A stretch of 58,640 nucleotides of DNA, taken from NCBI GenBank assembly GCA_031411835.1, contig JANOBV010000136.1:1-58640 (forward strand), read 5' to 3'. Of the stretch, positions 1-9,194 are shown piece after piece; positions within the stretch are counted from its first letter, which is position 1; the number at the start of each line of letters is the position of its first letter. The notes beneath the pieces were generated by a model that was not told the origin of the DNA, made no database searches, and saw only the letters and a list, made by a program, of their open reading frames with translations. This DNA comes from Bacteroidota bacterium. GTDB taxonomy: Bacteria; Bacteroidota; Bacteroidia; AKYH767-A; 2013-40CM-41-45. The translations under genes were made by a program, and so were the position numbers.

Positions 1-194
1 TGCACATCGAGGTAAGCCGAAGATTTTACTTCGCCGCCAAGTACAACCTGGCCTGTAGTTACTAACGTCTCGCACGCAACTTTAGAAGTTGAATCATAAG
101 CGAGGAAATGATCGATTAGCGCATCAGAGATTTGATCCGCGATCTTGTCCGGGTGACCTTCGGAAACAGATTCTGAAGTGAACAGATAAGACAT
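1..194 (-). CDS. metK: S-adenosylmethionine synthetase (5' part; runs off window start)
   Basis: Manual translation from ATG at 194: [56 protein letters not shown]; GHPDK motif. Confidence 0.97.
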   Translation of the reverse strand, partial: MSYLFTSESVSEGHPDKIADQISDALIDHFLAYDSTSKVACETLVTTGQVVLGGEVKSSAYLDV

Positions 195-263
195 AGTCTT
201 TAGAAAGATTTTTGGTTAGAGAATAATAATTCAAGGGAAAAGGGACAGCCGGGAAAACAAATT

Positions 264-322
264 GCCTTAGCATTTTTTTTACCGTGGTTGCAATATCCCA
301 TAGGGATCAAATCCTTCCACCT
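264..322 (-). ncRNA. SAM-II-type riboswitch upstream of metK
   Basis: Minus strand reads GUGGAAGGAUUUGAUCCCUAUGGGAUAUUGCAACCACGGUAAAAAAAAUGCUAAGGC: P1 GUGG/CCAC, GAUUU, UUGCAA and AAAUGCUAA elements of the SAM-II consensus, plus an AUCCC/GGGAU hairpin; lies in the metK leader. Confidence 0.8.
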
Positions 323-329
323 TTGACGG

Positions 330-337
330 CAAAAGTA
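330..337 (-). promoter_or_regulatory. Bacteroidota -7 promoter box (TACTTTTG) for riboswitch-metK transcript
   Basis: Matches TAnnTTTG immediately upstream of the riboswitch. Confidence 0.6.
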
Positions 338-408
338 GGAAAATATCAGTATTCAAATACAAATGATTTATTTTTTTTGAACAAGAATGGACTTAAAATG
401 CCCCGAAA

Positions 409-1503
409 TCAGTAATTCTTGCCGTTGTAGAAGATCGTTGTCGTATTAACTCCAACTTCATACTTCAAAACATTCCCATTCAGAAAGTAGCTATTGACAA
501 TTTCATAGGTCACTGTATAGGTTTTTCCCTTGTGAAAAAGCATGAGAGTTCCGTTATCGCCAATCCATGCGACACCGTCATTTCCCATTTTGTAATTCCT
601 CGGAATCCAGCTTTGGAGTTGAGTTGACTTACCATCATAATAAACATTGAAGGTATTATTATAACCGTAGATGATTGTATTTCCTTTTACATCAAAAAAC
701 GCCGGACGGTCAGGAAGTACTTTAAACGATGCACCTTTTTCAAAGATCTTGAAATTTCCAAGGTTGTCGATATAAGCCATATTTGCAAATCCCACTTTAA
801 AAGAATCGGGTGGAAAAGTTTCTACTACTGCAGTATCGCCTTTATAAAACAGACGAAACTGCTGAAGGTAATCGTCGACATAAGCAACAATATCGCGACC
901 GGAAGAATAGGCAAGCGGAGCAATATTATCGAGTTGATAAAGTTCGCCATGATAAAACACATTGAAGAAATTCGATTGGTTTACCCAGGCAACTAAATTT
1001 GATCCTGTCTTGATCGACTTTGGCTTTTCTAAGTATGAATCTTCCATGTCCACAACTTTGCCATCGTAATAAGCGCTGAACACATTTTTCGAATCGTCAA
1101 AAAAAGCAAGAATACTGTCATTGATAGCATACATCGTATTGTAGTAGCAAAGAGTTCTCTTTTCGCCTTTGTCAAAAGCATAAAGCACATCGCCAACTTT
1201 AAAGGAGATCAAATAATCTGTTACGTTATAAGTGAAGTCGGCTGCATTCACCATTGTGATCGTTGCCCCATTTGAGTAGACTCTGAAATCGTTTTTATTG
1301 TCAATGTATGCAACTGAATTCCCCGCATACTTGTAATTTCTCACCGGTAAATATTCCAGTTCGCGAAAAACTCCATCGTCAAACACTTGCAAATTCCCTC
1401 TGTAATCCGGATAAGCTGCCAAATTCTGAGCATAAACATTCGCCTCTGCAAAAATGCAAATCAGTAAAATGATTTTGTATGTAAAATTGTAAAGTCGATG
1501 CAT
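409..1503 (-). CDS. Exported hypothetical protein with internal ~45-aa beta-rich repeats
   Basis: Signal peptide (VYA-Q); repeating (V/M)AY(I/V)D..F..(F/Y)..G units. Confidence 0.7.
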   Translation of the reverse strand: MHRLYNFTYKIILLICIFAEANVYAQNLAAYPDYRGNLQVFDDGVFRELEYLPVRNYKYAGNSVAYIDNKNDFRVYSNGATITMVNAADFTYNVTDYLISFKVGDVLYAFDKGEKRTLCYYNTMYAINDSILAFFDDSKNVFSAYYDGKVVDMEDSYLEKPKSIKTGSNLVAWVNQSNFFNVFYHGELYQLDNIAPLAYSSGRDIVAYVDDYLQQFRLFYKGDTAVVETFPPDSFKVGFANMAYIDNLGNFKIFEKGASFKVLPDRPAFFDVKGNTIIYGYNNTFNVYYDGKSTQLQSWIPRNYKMGNDGVAWIGDNGTLMLFHKGKTYTVTYEIVNSYFLNGNVLKYEVGVNTTTIFYNGKNY

Positions 1504-1514
1504 TTTTTTGAAAA

Positions 1515-1601
1515 TCGTAATTAGTAATTAGTGATTAGTAATTCGAAGTAGAAGGTTAAAATCCGAGTTTCATTATTCACTATTAGTTATTAGCTATTAG
1601 T
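1515..1601. repeat. Degenerate heptamer tandem repeats (TAGTAAT-like, TAGTTAT-like)
   Basis: tcgtaat tagtaat tagtgat tagtaat ... tcactat tagttat tagctat between gldA and the next gene. Confidence 0.6.
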
Positions 1602-2495
1602 GAGTTGTTGAAACACGTCTTCCAGTTTTTGTTCCTCAACCTGCAATGAAAGCGCAGTAAGATCATTTGCTACGGCCCATTTGAAAATAGCACTACGTGC
1701 ATTCAAATCATTTACTTTTAGTCGCCATTTATTTCCGTTCATGTTTTCGCATGATTGTACACCGGCAATTGCACGAAGTTGTTTTTCTGAAACTGCAGAA
1801 TCAAATTCAACTAGAATAATTTCACCACTAACGCGACTTTTCTGAAGGACACTAGTATTTTCATTTGCAACGATCTTTCCGCGATTGATAATTATAACTT
1901 TGTCGCAGATCGCTTCCACTTCTTGCATAATGTGAGTAGAAAGAACAACGGTTTTTTCTTTACCAATAGATTTGATCAATGCTCTGATCTCTGTCAATTG
2001 ATTTGGATCAAGTCCTGATGTAGGTTCATCAAGAATTAAAACTTTCGGATCATGAATAAGAGCTTGAGCAAGTCCTACACGTTGTCTATATCCTTTTGAA
2101 AGTGCGCCGATCTTTTTGTTTTGTTCAACAGTTAGTCCAGTCACTTCGATCAGTTCTTTGATCTTAGCTTCTTTCTTTCCTTCGAATTTGTAAACACCGC
2201 AAATGTAATTGAGATATTCTTTTACATACATTTCAGGATATAAAGGATTATGTTCAGGTAGGTAACCAACGAGTTTTTTGACTTCGAGAGATTGTTCGGT
2301 TACATCAAATCCGCAGACAGAAACTTGTCCTGATGTTTGAGGAATATAGCAAGTGATAATTTTCATTATCGTCGATTTCCCTGCACCATTTGGTCCGAGG
2401 AATCCGATTACTTGTCCGCTACCGATTTCAAAAGAAACGTCGTCTAATGCTTTTTGTGTCCCGTAAATCTTGGTGATATTTTTTACTGAAATCAT
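1590..2495 (-). CDS. gldA: Gliding motility-associated ABC transporter ATP-binding subunit
   Basis: Walker A GPNGAGKS, signature LSKGYRQRVG, Walker B LILDEPTSGLDPNQL, YLPEHNPLY. Confidence 0.85.
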   Translation of the reverse strand: MISVKNITKIYGTQKALDDVSFEIGSGQVIGFLGPNGAGKSTIMKIITCYIPQTSGQVSVCGFDVTEQSLEVKKLVGYLPEHNPLYPEMYVKEYLNYICGVYKFEGKKEAKIKELIEVTGLTVEQNKKIGALSKGYRQRVGLAQALIHDPKVLILDEPTSGLDPNQLTEIRALIKSIGKEKTVVLSTHIMQEVEAICDKVIIINRGKIVANENTSVLQKSRVSGEIILVEFDSAVSEKQLRAIAGVQSCENMNGNKWRLKVNDLNARSAIFKWAVANDLTALSLQVEEQKLEDVFQQLTNS

Positions 2496-2575
2496 ACTTC
2501 GTTTTTGTAGTATAAAATGTAGGGCAAAACTAATGCTTTTAATTGAATTTTAATTTCCTAATTTCGCCCTACTTT

Positions 2576-3499
2576 ATGCAAGGAATCGTAATCAAATCAA
2601 CAGGGAATCAATATCTACTTCGAATGGATGATCAAACACAGATCATTGGACGAATTAGAGGGAATCTCCGTTTGCAGGATTTTGAAGCAACGAATCCATT
2701 AACGGTTGGCGATAGAGTAGAAGTTGACATTAACAATTTTGAAGGTGAATTGCATTGGATAACAGCACTCGTTAAACGGAAAAATTACATCATCCGTAAG
2801 TCTGTTAAGTTGTCGAAGCAGGTTCAGATCATTGCTGCCAATATCGATTTTGCATTTGTTGTAGCGACTCCGGTTTTGCCGAAGACATCACTTGGATTCA
2901 TTGATCGATTTCTATCGACTGCCGAAGCATATAATATTCCAGGTGGAATCATTTGGAACAAAGCGGATCTTTATGAAGAAGACATTCGTGAGTTTTTAGC
3001 TGAGGTTAACGGATTGTATGAGTCAATAGGATACAAGACGTTTGTTGTTTCTTCTATAAGTGGCAAAGGTTTAGATGAATTGTCGGAAACGCTGAAAGAT
3101 AAAATCAACCTTTTTTCCGGACATAGTGGAGTAGGGAAGTCATCGCTCATTAACAAATTGATTCCAACATTAAGTTTGAAGACGGCGAAACTTTCTATGC
3201 AACATATGAAAGGAACTCATACTACTACATTTGCTGAAATGTATTTACTTCCGTTTGGTGGATTTATAATTGACACACCAGGTATCCGTGAGTTTGGAAC
3301 GATCGATTTCAATCCAAAAGAGATCTCGCATTATTTCCCTGAAATATTTCATGCTAGCAAAGGCTGCAAGTTCAATAATTGCATTCACACAAACGAAAAG
3401 GAATGTGCTGTGAAAACAGCAGTAGAATCAGGTGAGATTGCAATGAGTCGTTATGAAAGTTATCTCAGTATTTTAAGCGGTCAAGATATTTTTAAATAG
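2576..3499 (+). CDS. rsgA: Ribosome small subunit-dependent GTPase A
   Basis: Circularly permuted GTPase: NKADL, GHSGVGKSS, HTTT, DTPG, C-terminal CKFNNCIHTNEKEC zinc site; ATG at 2576 preferred over upstream TTG. Confidence 0.95.
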   Translation: MQGIVIKSTGNQYLLRMDDQTQIIGRIRGNLRLQDFEATNPLTVGDRVEVDINNFEGELHWITALVKRKNYIIRKSVKLSKQVQIIAANIDFAFVVATPVLPKTSLGFIDRFLSTAEAYNIPGGIIWNKADLYEEDIREFLAEVNGLYESIGYKTFVVSSISGKGLDELSETLKDKINLFSGHSGVGKSSLINKLIPTLSLKTAKLSMQHMKGTHTTTFAEMYLLPFGGFIIDTPGIREFGTIDFNPKEISHYFPEIFHASKGCKFNNCIHTNEKECAVKTAVESGEIAMSRYESYLSILSGQDIFK

Positions 3500-3535
3500 T
3501 CCTAAATAAATCAGTACAATCATTCCAACTAGTGT

Positions 3536-3592
3536 CATCAGTTCAATCAATTCAATCAGACCATTCAGTTCAATCAGCTTAATCCTGGTCAA
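3536..3592. repeat. Degenerate 9-mer tandem repeat (TCAGTTCAA-like)
   Basis: tcagttcaa tcaattcaa tcagaccat tcagttcaa tcagcttaa between rsgA and dtd. Confidence 0.55.
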
Positions 3593-3594
3593 AT

Positions 3595-4047
3595 ATGCGT
3601 TGTGTCATTCAAAGAGTATCGGAAGCTTATGTTACGATTGATGGTAAAATAAAATCCTCAATTGGTGCCGGACTTTTAATTTTAGTTGGAATTGAAGCCG
3701 AAGACAGCAATGAAGACATTGAGTGGCTTTGCGGCAAAATTTCAAAGCTGAGAATTTTCAATGATACAGAAGGTGTGATGAATTGTTCAATCACAGAAAT
3801 AAATGGCGATGTATTATTGATCAGTCAATTTACATTGCATGCATCAACGAAAAAGGGAAATCGTCCATCCTATTTAAAAGCAGCAAAGCCTGAATTTGCA
3901 ATTCCTATATATGAGAAATTTATTGCTCAGATGGAAATTGAATTGGGCAAGAAAATATTTACCGGCGAATTTGGTGCAGACATGAAAGTAAGATTGTTGA
4001 ACGATGGTCCGGTTACAATTATAATTGATTCAAAGAATAAAGAATAG
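3595..4047 (+). CDS. dtd: D-aminoacyl-tRNA deacylase
   Basis: QRV N-terminus, SQFTL, KGNRPS, FGADM, NDGPVT motifs. Confidence 0.97.
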   Translation: MRCVIQRVSEAYVTIDGKIKSSIGAGLLILVGIEAEDSNEDIEWLCGKISKLRIFNDTEGVMNCSITEINGDVLLISQFTLHASTKKGNRPSYLKAAKPEFAIPIYEKFIAQMEIELGKKIFTGEFGADMKVRLLNDGPVTIIIDSKNKE

Positions 4048-4056
4048 AAACAAGCT

Positions 4057-4392
4057 ATGAATTCAGAGTTGACAATCGAACAAGCTCAACAAAAAGTTGA
4101 TGAGTGGATCAAGAAATACGGTGTTCGTTATTTTAATGAGTTAACTAACATGGCTATTCTCACAGAAGAAGTCGGTGAAGTTGCGCGTATCATGTCTCGT
4201 ACCTATGGCGAACAATCTTCAAAAGAATCTGACTTGAAAAAACAATTGCCCGATGAATTGGCAGATGTGTTATTCGTATTGATCTGTATCGCTAATCAAA
4301 CCGGAATAAATTTGCAGGAAGCTTTTGATCGGAATTTGGAGAAGAAGTCACAAAGGGATGCTAATCGGCACCTAGATAATCCGAAGCTTTGA
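4057..4392 (+). CDS. MazG-like nucleotide pyrophosphohydrolase
   Basis: EEVGEVA and DELADVLF motifs. Confidence 0.9.
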   Translation: MNSELTIEQAQQKVDEWIKKYGVRYFNELTNMAILTEEVGEVARIMSRTYGEQSSKESDLKKQLPDELADVLFVLICIANQTGINLQEAFDRNLEKKSQRDANRHLDNPKL

Positions 4393-4395
4393 AAT

Positions 4396-4500
4396 GGTGA
4401 GTAGTAAGTGGTAATTGGTAAGTAGCAATACTTACTTAATTGCAAGCAATTACCTATAAAGTAACCGTTGCTACTTACCACTCACCACTTACTACTTACC
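4396..4500. repeat. 33-bp inverted repeat built of TGGTAAG-like heptamers (arms 4396-4428 and 4468-4500)
   Basis: Arms match 30/33 on manual comparison; lies between convergent genes. Confidence 0.8.
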
Positions 4501-5202
4501 TTTTTTATCCTCCGGAAAATAAAACCTTAAATCAACCGTCAAATAATTCCCAACCAAAAGATTTCCAATTGCAACGTCTTTACTATGGTATTTATAACGT
4601 ACCTGATCAAAGTAAATGTACTTGAATGGTCGGTGATAAGAAACGCCGAAATAAATCGTTCCGCTTTTTGGAGTTCTGTATTCAAATCCTACATTTCCAT
4701 TGATAGCAAATTGAAAAATTTGTCTATACGCTGAAACATGGTTGAAATAATAATCATACGTCTGAATGTTACTTGCAAACATATCGACTGCCGGACCAAG
4801 TCCTCCGCTTGCATAAAGATTTTCGCCAACGCGAGTAAAGATCATTGCTGTAACAGGAACTTCGTAGCCAATAATTCTATATGACGATTCGCCTTTAAAT
4901 GCTGTATCTGAATCTGTAATAGTAAGGCTGTATTTTCTTTTCACATAATTGATTCCTGTTTCAAGAGAGATCAAATCAGAGAATGAATGTCTGATAATTA
5001 GTCCCGCGCTAAATCCTGAAGTAAGTTCAGTTTTAAAATTGACCTTGGCGCTGTCATTAAATATTGGTCCGGTATTTAGAAAGTTGAATGGAAAAATTGG
5101 CTTGAACTGAATACCAAGTGTAGTTAGACCTTTTTGTGCAAAGAGTGTTGTCCCGTTAAAAATCAGGAAGCAAAAAAAAATACTCTTTGAAATGAATCGC
5201 AT
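4492..5202 (-). CDS. Outer membrane beta-barrel protein (PorT-like)
   Basis: Signal peptide, alternating amphipathic strands, C-terminal DLRFYF. Confidence 0.7.
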   Translation of the reverse strand: MRFISKSIFFCFLIFNGTTLFAQKGLTTLGIQFKPIFPFNFLNTGPIFNDSAKVNFKTELTSGFSAGLIIRHSFSDLISLETGINYVKRKYSLTITDSDTAFKGESSYRIIGYEVPVTAMIFTRVGENLYASGGLGPAVDMFASNIQTYDYYFNHVSAYRQIFQFAINGNVGFEYRTPKSGTIYFGVSYHRPFKYIYFDQVRYKYHSKDVAIGNLLVGNYLTVDLRFYFPEDKKGK

Positions 5203-5207
5203 ATAAA

Positions 5208-5945
5208 TTATTGATTTGACATTTTTTTCAATTTGTCAAGATAGCTCATGAAGGCGATCCAGTATTCTTGATTTCCCGGTGATGAAGGCCATAAAACTTT
5301 TGAGCCGTGATCACCAAGTGAAGTTGGAATGTATTGGATCTTTAATCGTGAGTTCACATCTTTTAGCAAATCAGTAACAGTATTCGCTTCGCCTTTTGAA
5401 GAAGTTGCGAATACAGGTTTCATCAATGTTTTAATACTACTGCCAATATAATTTTTGTCAGTGAAATATTCTCCCGGACTGAAAACGGCCGCAGCCATGA
5501 CTCTATTGTTTTCCGTAGCAATTTTTAATGCTAAAGATGCGGAATAGCTGCTGCCTACGATTATGATTGGCTTTTTGTATTTCAGATAAAGAAAATCGAT
5601 TGCAGCGATGATATCTTTCTCAGCATCTTCAGTTGTAGGATTTAGATGCTTTGCTTTTGCTTCAGCAGCAGTTTCATTTTGTACACTATTCATTGAACTG
5701 CCAACTCTTTGGTCAACAGCCATACAATTGAATCCGAATTTATTTAAGCGTAGTGCTGTTTCAATATATTCGCCGCGGCTGGATTCATTTTGATGACAAA
5801 GTAAAATAACCGGAAGATTGCTGCTTACAGGATACCAATCTGCTGTTACATCAAGTCCATCACCGGCAGGAAAGATAACTTTCAACTGAGCAAATATTGG
5901 TTGAATTGAAAATAAGAGAGCAACGAATAATAGAATTTTTTTCAT
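5208..5945 (-). CDS. Exported alpha/beta hydrolase (dienelactone hydrolase-like)
   Basis: Signal peptide; GSSYSA nucleophile elbow; FSPG; HGS. Confidence 0.8.
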   Translation of the reverse strand: MKKILLFVALLFSIQPIFAQLKVIFPAGDGLDVTADWYPVSSNLPVILLCHQNESSRGEYIETALRLNKFGFNCMAVDQRVGSSMNSVQNETAAEAKAKHLNPTTEDAEKDIIAAIDFLYLKYKKPIIIVGSSYSASLALKIATENNRVMAAAVFSPGEYFTDKNYIGSSIKTLMKPVFATSSKGEANTVTDLLKDVNSRLKIQYIPTSLGDHGSKVLWPSSPGNQEYWIAFMSYLDKLKKMSNQ

Positions 5946-6106
5946 GAGGTTGTCTTCGAATAAGGTGGCAATATAATAAAAACCAACCCTCAGTAAATTG
6001 CTTCCTGACCAAGTTTTTGACTACGAAATGTTATTAGCGGAACTCAGTTTTAGTTGAGATTTGTGGAAAAGGCAAACTTGCTTGCTCATGAAGGAAATCT
6101 AAAACT

Positions 6107-6925
6107 ATGAAAAGAGCTCCCTTCAGTTACGAAGATCTGATCTTCGAAAACCGCAACAAGGCCTATGGCGCCTACGATCTAAGAGTAAACTATCAGACAA
6201 ATTTGATGAAATCTTTTTTTATTGGAATCGGTAGTCTTACTCTTTTGGCTTTTATAATTTATAAGATCACGCAAAATCCAATTCCGGTAAAAGAGATACA
6301 TAAAGAAACAACGTTACTTGATGCGTCTGATATTTTTGAAATTGAACAGAAGAATATTATTCCATTATCAGAGATTAAAAATATCTCAAAGCCCAATGTT
6401 GGCGCACTTCCTAAGCCAATTGTTGATCCAAATTCTTTCAAACTTGTAACTAGAGTAATTGAGCCAATTGTTCCAATTGAACCAAGTCCAGAACCACTAC
6501 CAATTGAACCAATTGGCGAACCGATTGCTTTTGTGGGAACACCGGTCATTCCTCTTGATCCAATTACAGGCGGAACCGGCAGAGGATCAAACCTCGGAAC
6601 AACTGTAATCAGTAGTGCAGCAGTCGACAAGTTGCCAATGTTTCCGGGCGGTATGGAAGGTTTCTATGATTTTCTTTCGAAGCACATGCGTTTCCCAAAT
6701 GCAGCACGTAATGAAGGTATTAGTGGCAAATTGTTTGTGTCATTTGTGATCAATAAAGATGGAAATCTGGTAGAAATTGAATTTGTAAAGAAAGCAGGCT
6801 ATGGAATGGAGGAATCAGTGATGGCAGTATTGGAGAAATCACCTAAATAGACGCCGGGACTTGTCGGAAATCAGCAAGTCAATACAAAGATGATCCTTCC
6901 TGTAACTTTTAATCTCGTTCAATAA
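6107..6925 (+). pseudogene. Energy transducer TonB interrupted by in-frame TAG at 6848-6850
   Basis: FENRNKAYGAYDLR N-terminus, Pro-rich linker, PMFPGG TonB_C; the frame continues past the stop as SPK*TPGLVGNQQVNTKMILPVTFNLVQ to TAA 6925; TonB_C normally reads PKWxPG. Confidence 0.85.
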
Positions 6926-7005
6926 GTGATTTTGGATTTCGTTAGACTAACATTCCAATGTTTAAAAGTACAATTCACAGAGAGATAGTAAGAGGTCGTT
7001 CTCGT

Positions 7006-7013
7006 TACTTTTG
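7006..7013 (+). promoter_or_regulatory. -7 promoter box (TACTTTTG) upstream of exbB
   Basis: TAnnTTTG match 22 bp before the ATG. Confidence 0.5.
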
Positions 7014-7035
7014 CTAGCTACTCAAATAGCATTCT

Positions 7036-7752
7036 ATGACAGGATTTATCTTACAGATTACACAAACAGGCACAATGGCTGCTGATAGTTTAAACCAAGC
7101 AGCAGCGACGATGACACCTCCCGTTGAACAATCAATTTCTCTTTGGGAAATGGCAGTTAAAGGCGGGCCGATTTTATATCCTATCGCAATTCTATCTATC
7201 GCTGCATTCTATATCTTCTTCGAACGATACATTACTATTCGTAAACTTTCGAAAGTGGATAGAAATTTCATGAACCAAATTCGTGATTATGTTCACAGTG
7301 GAAATATTGATTCAGCAAAAGCATTGTGTAGAAATACAAATACGCCTGTTTCGAGAATGATTGAAAAAGGAATCATGCGTCTTGGTAAACCGGTAAAAGA
7401 AATTGAAAGCGCAATCGAGAACGTAGGTAAGCTGGAGATCTTCAAGATGGAAAAGAACATGAACATTCTTAATTCTATTTCAGGAATGGCTCCAATGTTT
7501 GGTTTCTTGGGAACGATATTCGGAGTAATCAAGATCTTCTATCAGATCGCTCAGCAAAATAGTTTGGAAATTAATACGATCTCCGGTGGACTTTATGTAA
7601 AGATGATCTCTTCTGCATCAGGACTTTTAGTTGGTATGGTCGCTTATGCAGCTTATCACTACTTAACATTCATGATCGACAGAGTAATCAACAGAATGGA
7701 AGTAAATGCAGTAGAATTTATCGACTTACTAGAAGAGCCGGTTAAAGGATAA
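7036..7752 (+). CDS. exbB: MotA/TolQ/ExbB proton channel protein
   Basis: APMFGFLGTIFG TM motif; 3 TM segments. Confidence 0.88.
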   Translation: MTGFILQITQTGTMAADSLNQAAATMTPPVEQSISLWEMAVKGGPILYPIAILSIAAFYIFFERYITIRKLSKVDRNFMNQIRDYVHSGNIDSAKALCRNTNTPVSRMIEKGIMRLGKPVKEIESAIENVGKLEIFKMEKNMNILNSISGMAPMFGFLGTIFGVIKIFYQIAQQNSLEINTISGGLYVKMISSASGLLVGMVAYAAYHYLTFMIDRVINRMEVNAVEFIDLLEEPVKG

Positions 7753-7769
7753 TTTTAATACAAGAAGTC

Positions 7770-8186
7770 ATGAATTTAAGACGAAGAAATCGCGCATCAA
7801 CGGAAGTGTTCTCTGCATCACTGAACGACATTATGTTTTTCCTTTTGTTGTTCTTCCTGATCACTTCAACGATGGCAACACCAAACGTATTGAAGTTATT
7901 ATTACCGAATGCAAAAAGTAGTAATCAGGGATTCAAACATCCACTTACTGTTTCGGTTACAGAAGATCTTCAATACGCTGTCAATAATACACCTGTAACA
8001 CAAGATGAGTTGGAAGCAACTCTTAAATCAATGATTGCCGGTCAACCTGATCCAACTGCTTTATTGAAAGTTGATAAGACTGTACAAGTACAAAATCTAG
8101 TTGACTTACTTGATATCGGAAATCGTTTGAAGATTAAGATGGTGTTGGCAACTCAAGCATCATCAACTGCAACAGCAAAGAAATAA
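7770..8186 (+). CDS. exbD: Biopolymer transporter ExbD
   Basis: SLNDIMFFLLLFFLITST TM motif with conserved Asp. Confidence 0.88.
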   Translation: MNLRRRNRASTEVFSASLNDIMFFLLLFFLITSTMATPNVLKLLLPNAKSSNQGFKHPLTVSVTEDLQYAVNNTPVTQDELEATLKSMIAGQPDPTALLKVDKTVQVQNLVDLLDIGNRLKIKMVLATQASSTATAKK

Positions 8187-8189
8187 AAT

Positions 8190-9023
8190 ATGAATGCTAA
8201 TATCCGTTCGCGCTCGGCGATCTTATCGGTCGCAGTTCATGCCGGACTCTTTTTGATTTTACTTTTCACTATGCTGAAGACTGAAGTTCCACCATTTCCG
8301 GAAACTGGTGGTAGCGGCGGCGTGATCGTAAATATCGGAATGGTAGATGAAGCATCCGGTGAAATTCAGCCTATGGCAGAAATTGTTTCAAAAGATCCTG
8401 TTGTAGAAAAAGTTCAGCCAAGTACTGCACCCGAAGAAAATGTAGCGACTCAAGATTTGGAAGAAGTAAATATTCCACCTGCGAAAAAAGTGGATACAAA
8501 GAAAGACGTAAAGCCAACTAAGACTGAAGTAAAAACAGTTACTAAACCGGCAGAACCGGTGAAGACTGTAAACACAAGTGCATTGTATCAGGGAAAAACT
8601 ACTGCGTCTAAATCGCAAGGTACAGGAAGTGGAAGTGGAGATCAAGGCGACAAGAATGGCGATCCGAATTCAAAGTACACTGGAAAGAATGGTAACGGTA
8701 CAGGCGATGGCGGTGGAGAAGGAACAGGACAAGGAAATGGAACAGGAAAAGGAATTTCATTTTCATTGTCGGGAAGAAAATTAATTCGCACCCCGCAGAT
8801 CACCGATCATTCGCAGGAGACAGGAAAAGTTGTAGTTGATATCACAGTTGATAAAGACGGTGCAGTTGAAACAGCAATTCCCGGCGGACGAGGTTCAACA
8901 ACAACAAGCGCTTACTTGTTTCGATTAGCAAAAGAAGCTGCAATGAAAGCCAAGTTCAATCCGAGTCCTGAAGGTGCGGATATTCAGAAGGGGACGATAT
9001 CTTTTGTGTTCCTAGTGCAATAA
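8190..9023 (+). CDS. TonB/TolA-like energy transducer
   Basis: N-terminal anchor SVAVH (SxxxH), Lys/Pro and Gly-rich linker, C-terminal GKVVVDITVDKDG domain. Confidence 0.8.
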   Translation: MNANIRSRSAILSVAVHAGLFLILLFTMLKTEVPPFPETGGSGGVIVNIGMVDEASGEIQPMAEIVSKDPVVEKVQPSTAPEENVATQDLEEVNIPPAKKVDTKKDVKPTKTEVKTVTKPAEPVKTVNTSALYQGKTTASKSQGTGSGSGDQGDKNGDPNSKYTGKNGNGTGDGGGEGTGQGNGTGKGISFSLSGRKLIRTPQITDHSQETGKVVVDITVDKDGAVETAIPGGRGSTTTSAYLFRLAKEAAMKAKFNPSPEGADIQKGTISFVFLVQ

Positions 9024-9025
9024 AA

Positions 9026-9057
9026 AGTAAGTAGTGATTGGTAAGTGGTGAGTAGCA
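9026..9057 (+). repeat. TGGTAAG-like heptamer tract ending in TAGCA
   Basis: agtaag tagtgat tggtaag tggtgag tagca; same family as 4396-4500 and 52500-52538. Confidence 0.65.
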
Positions 9058-9102
9058 CGGGCGTGTTCAGTTCTAAGCACTTCCATTTAACTAATTTTAT
9101 TA

Positions 9103-9156
9103 CCGTCAGCTTTAGCTGACGGATAAAAGGCTACAAAGAGCGTAACGGCTTTAGCC
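9103..9156. repeat. REP-like palindromes (CCGTCAGCT-TT-AGCTGACGG and GGCT-TT-AGCC)
   Basis: Two hairpins sharing the GCTTTAGC core between convergent genes. Confidence 0.6.
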
Positions 9157-9194
9157 AAAAATACTTTTTCGCAATAGCCTCCAGTCAATAAAAG

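Noticed and set aside
4396-4500. CRISPR array or mini-array
   Set aside because: Units are 7-bp tandem repeats without unique spacers; no cas genes or repeat-spacer periodicity seen in the window
6848-6850. Stop-codon reassignment (TAG or TGA read as sense), suggested by in-frame stops in tonB and lmuC
   Set aside because: Conserved genes such as rsgA and dtd end properly at TAG and others at TGA; the interrupting stops are of mixed types (TAG, TGA, TAA) and are best explained as point mutations
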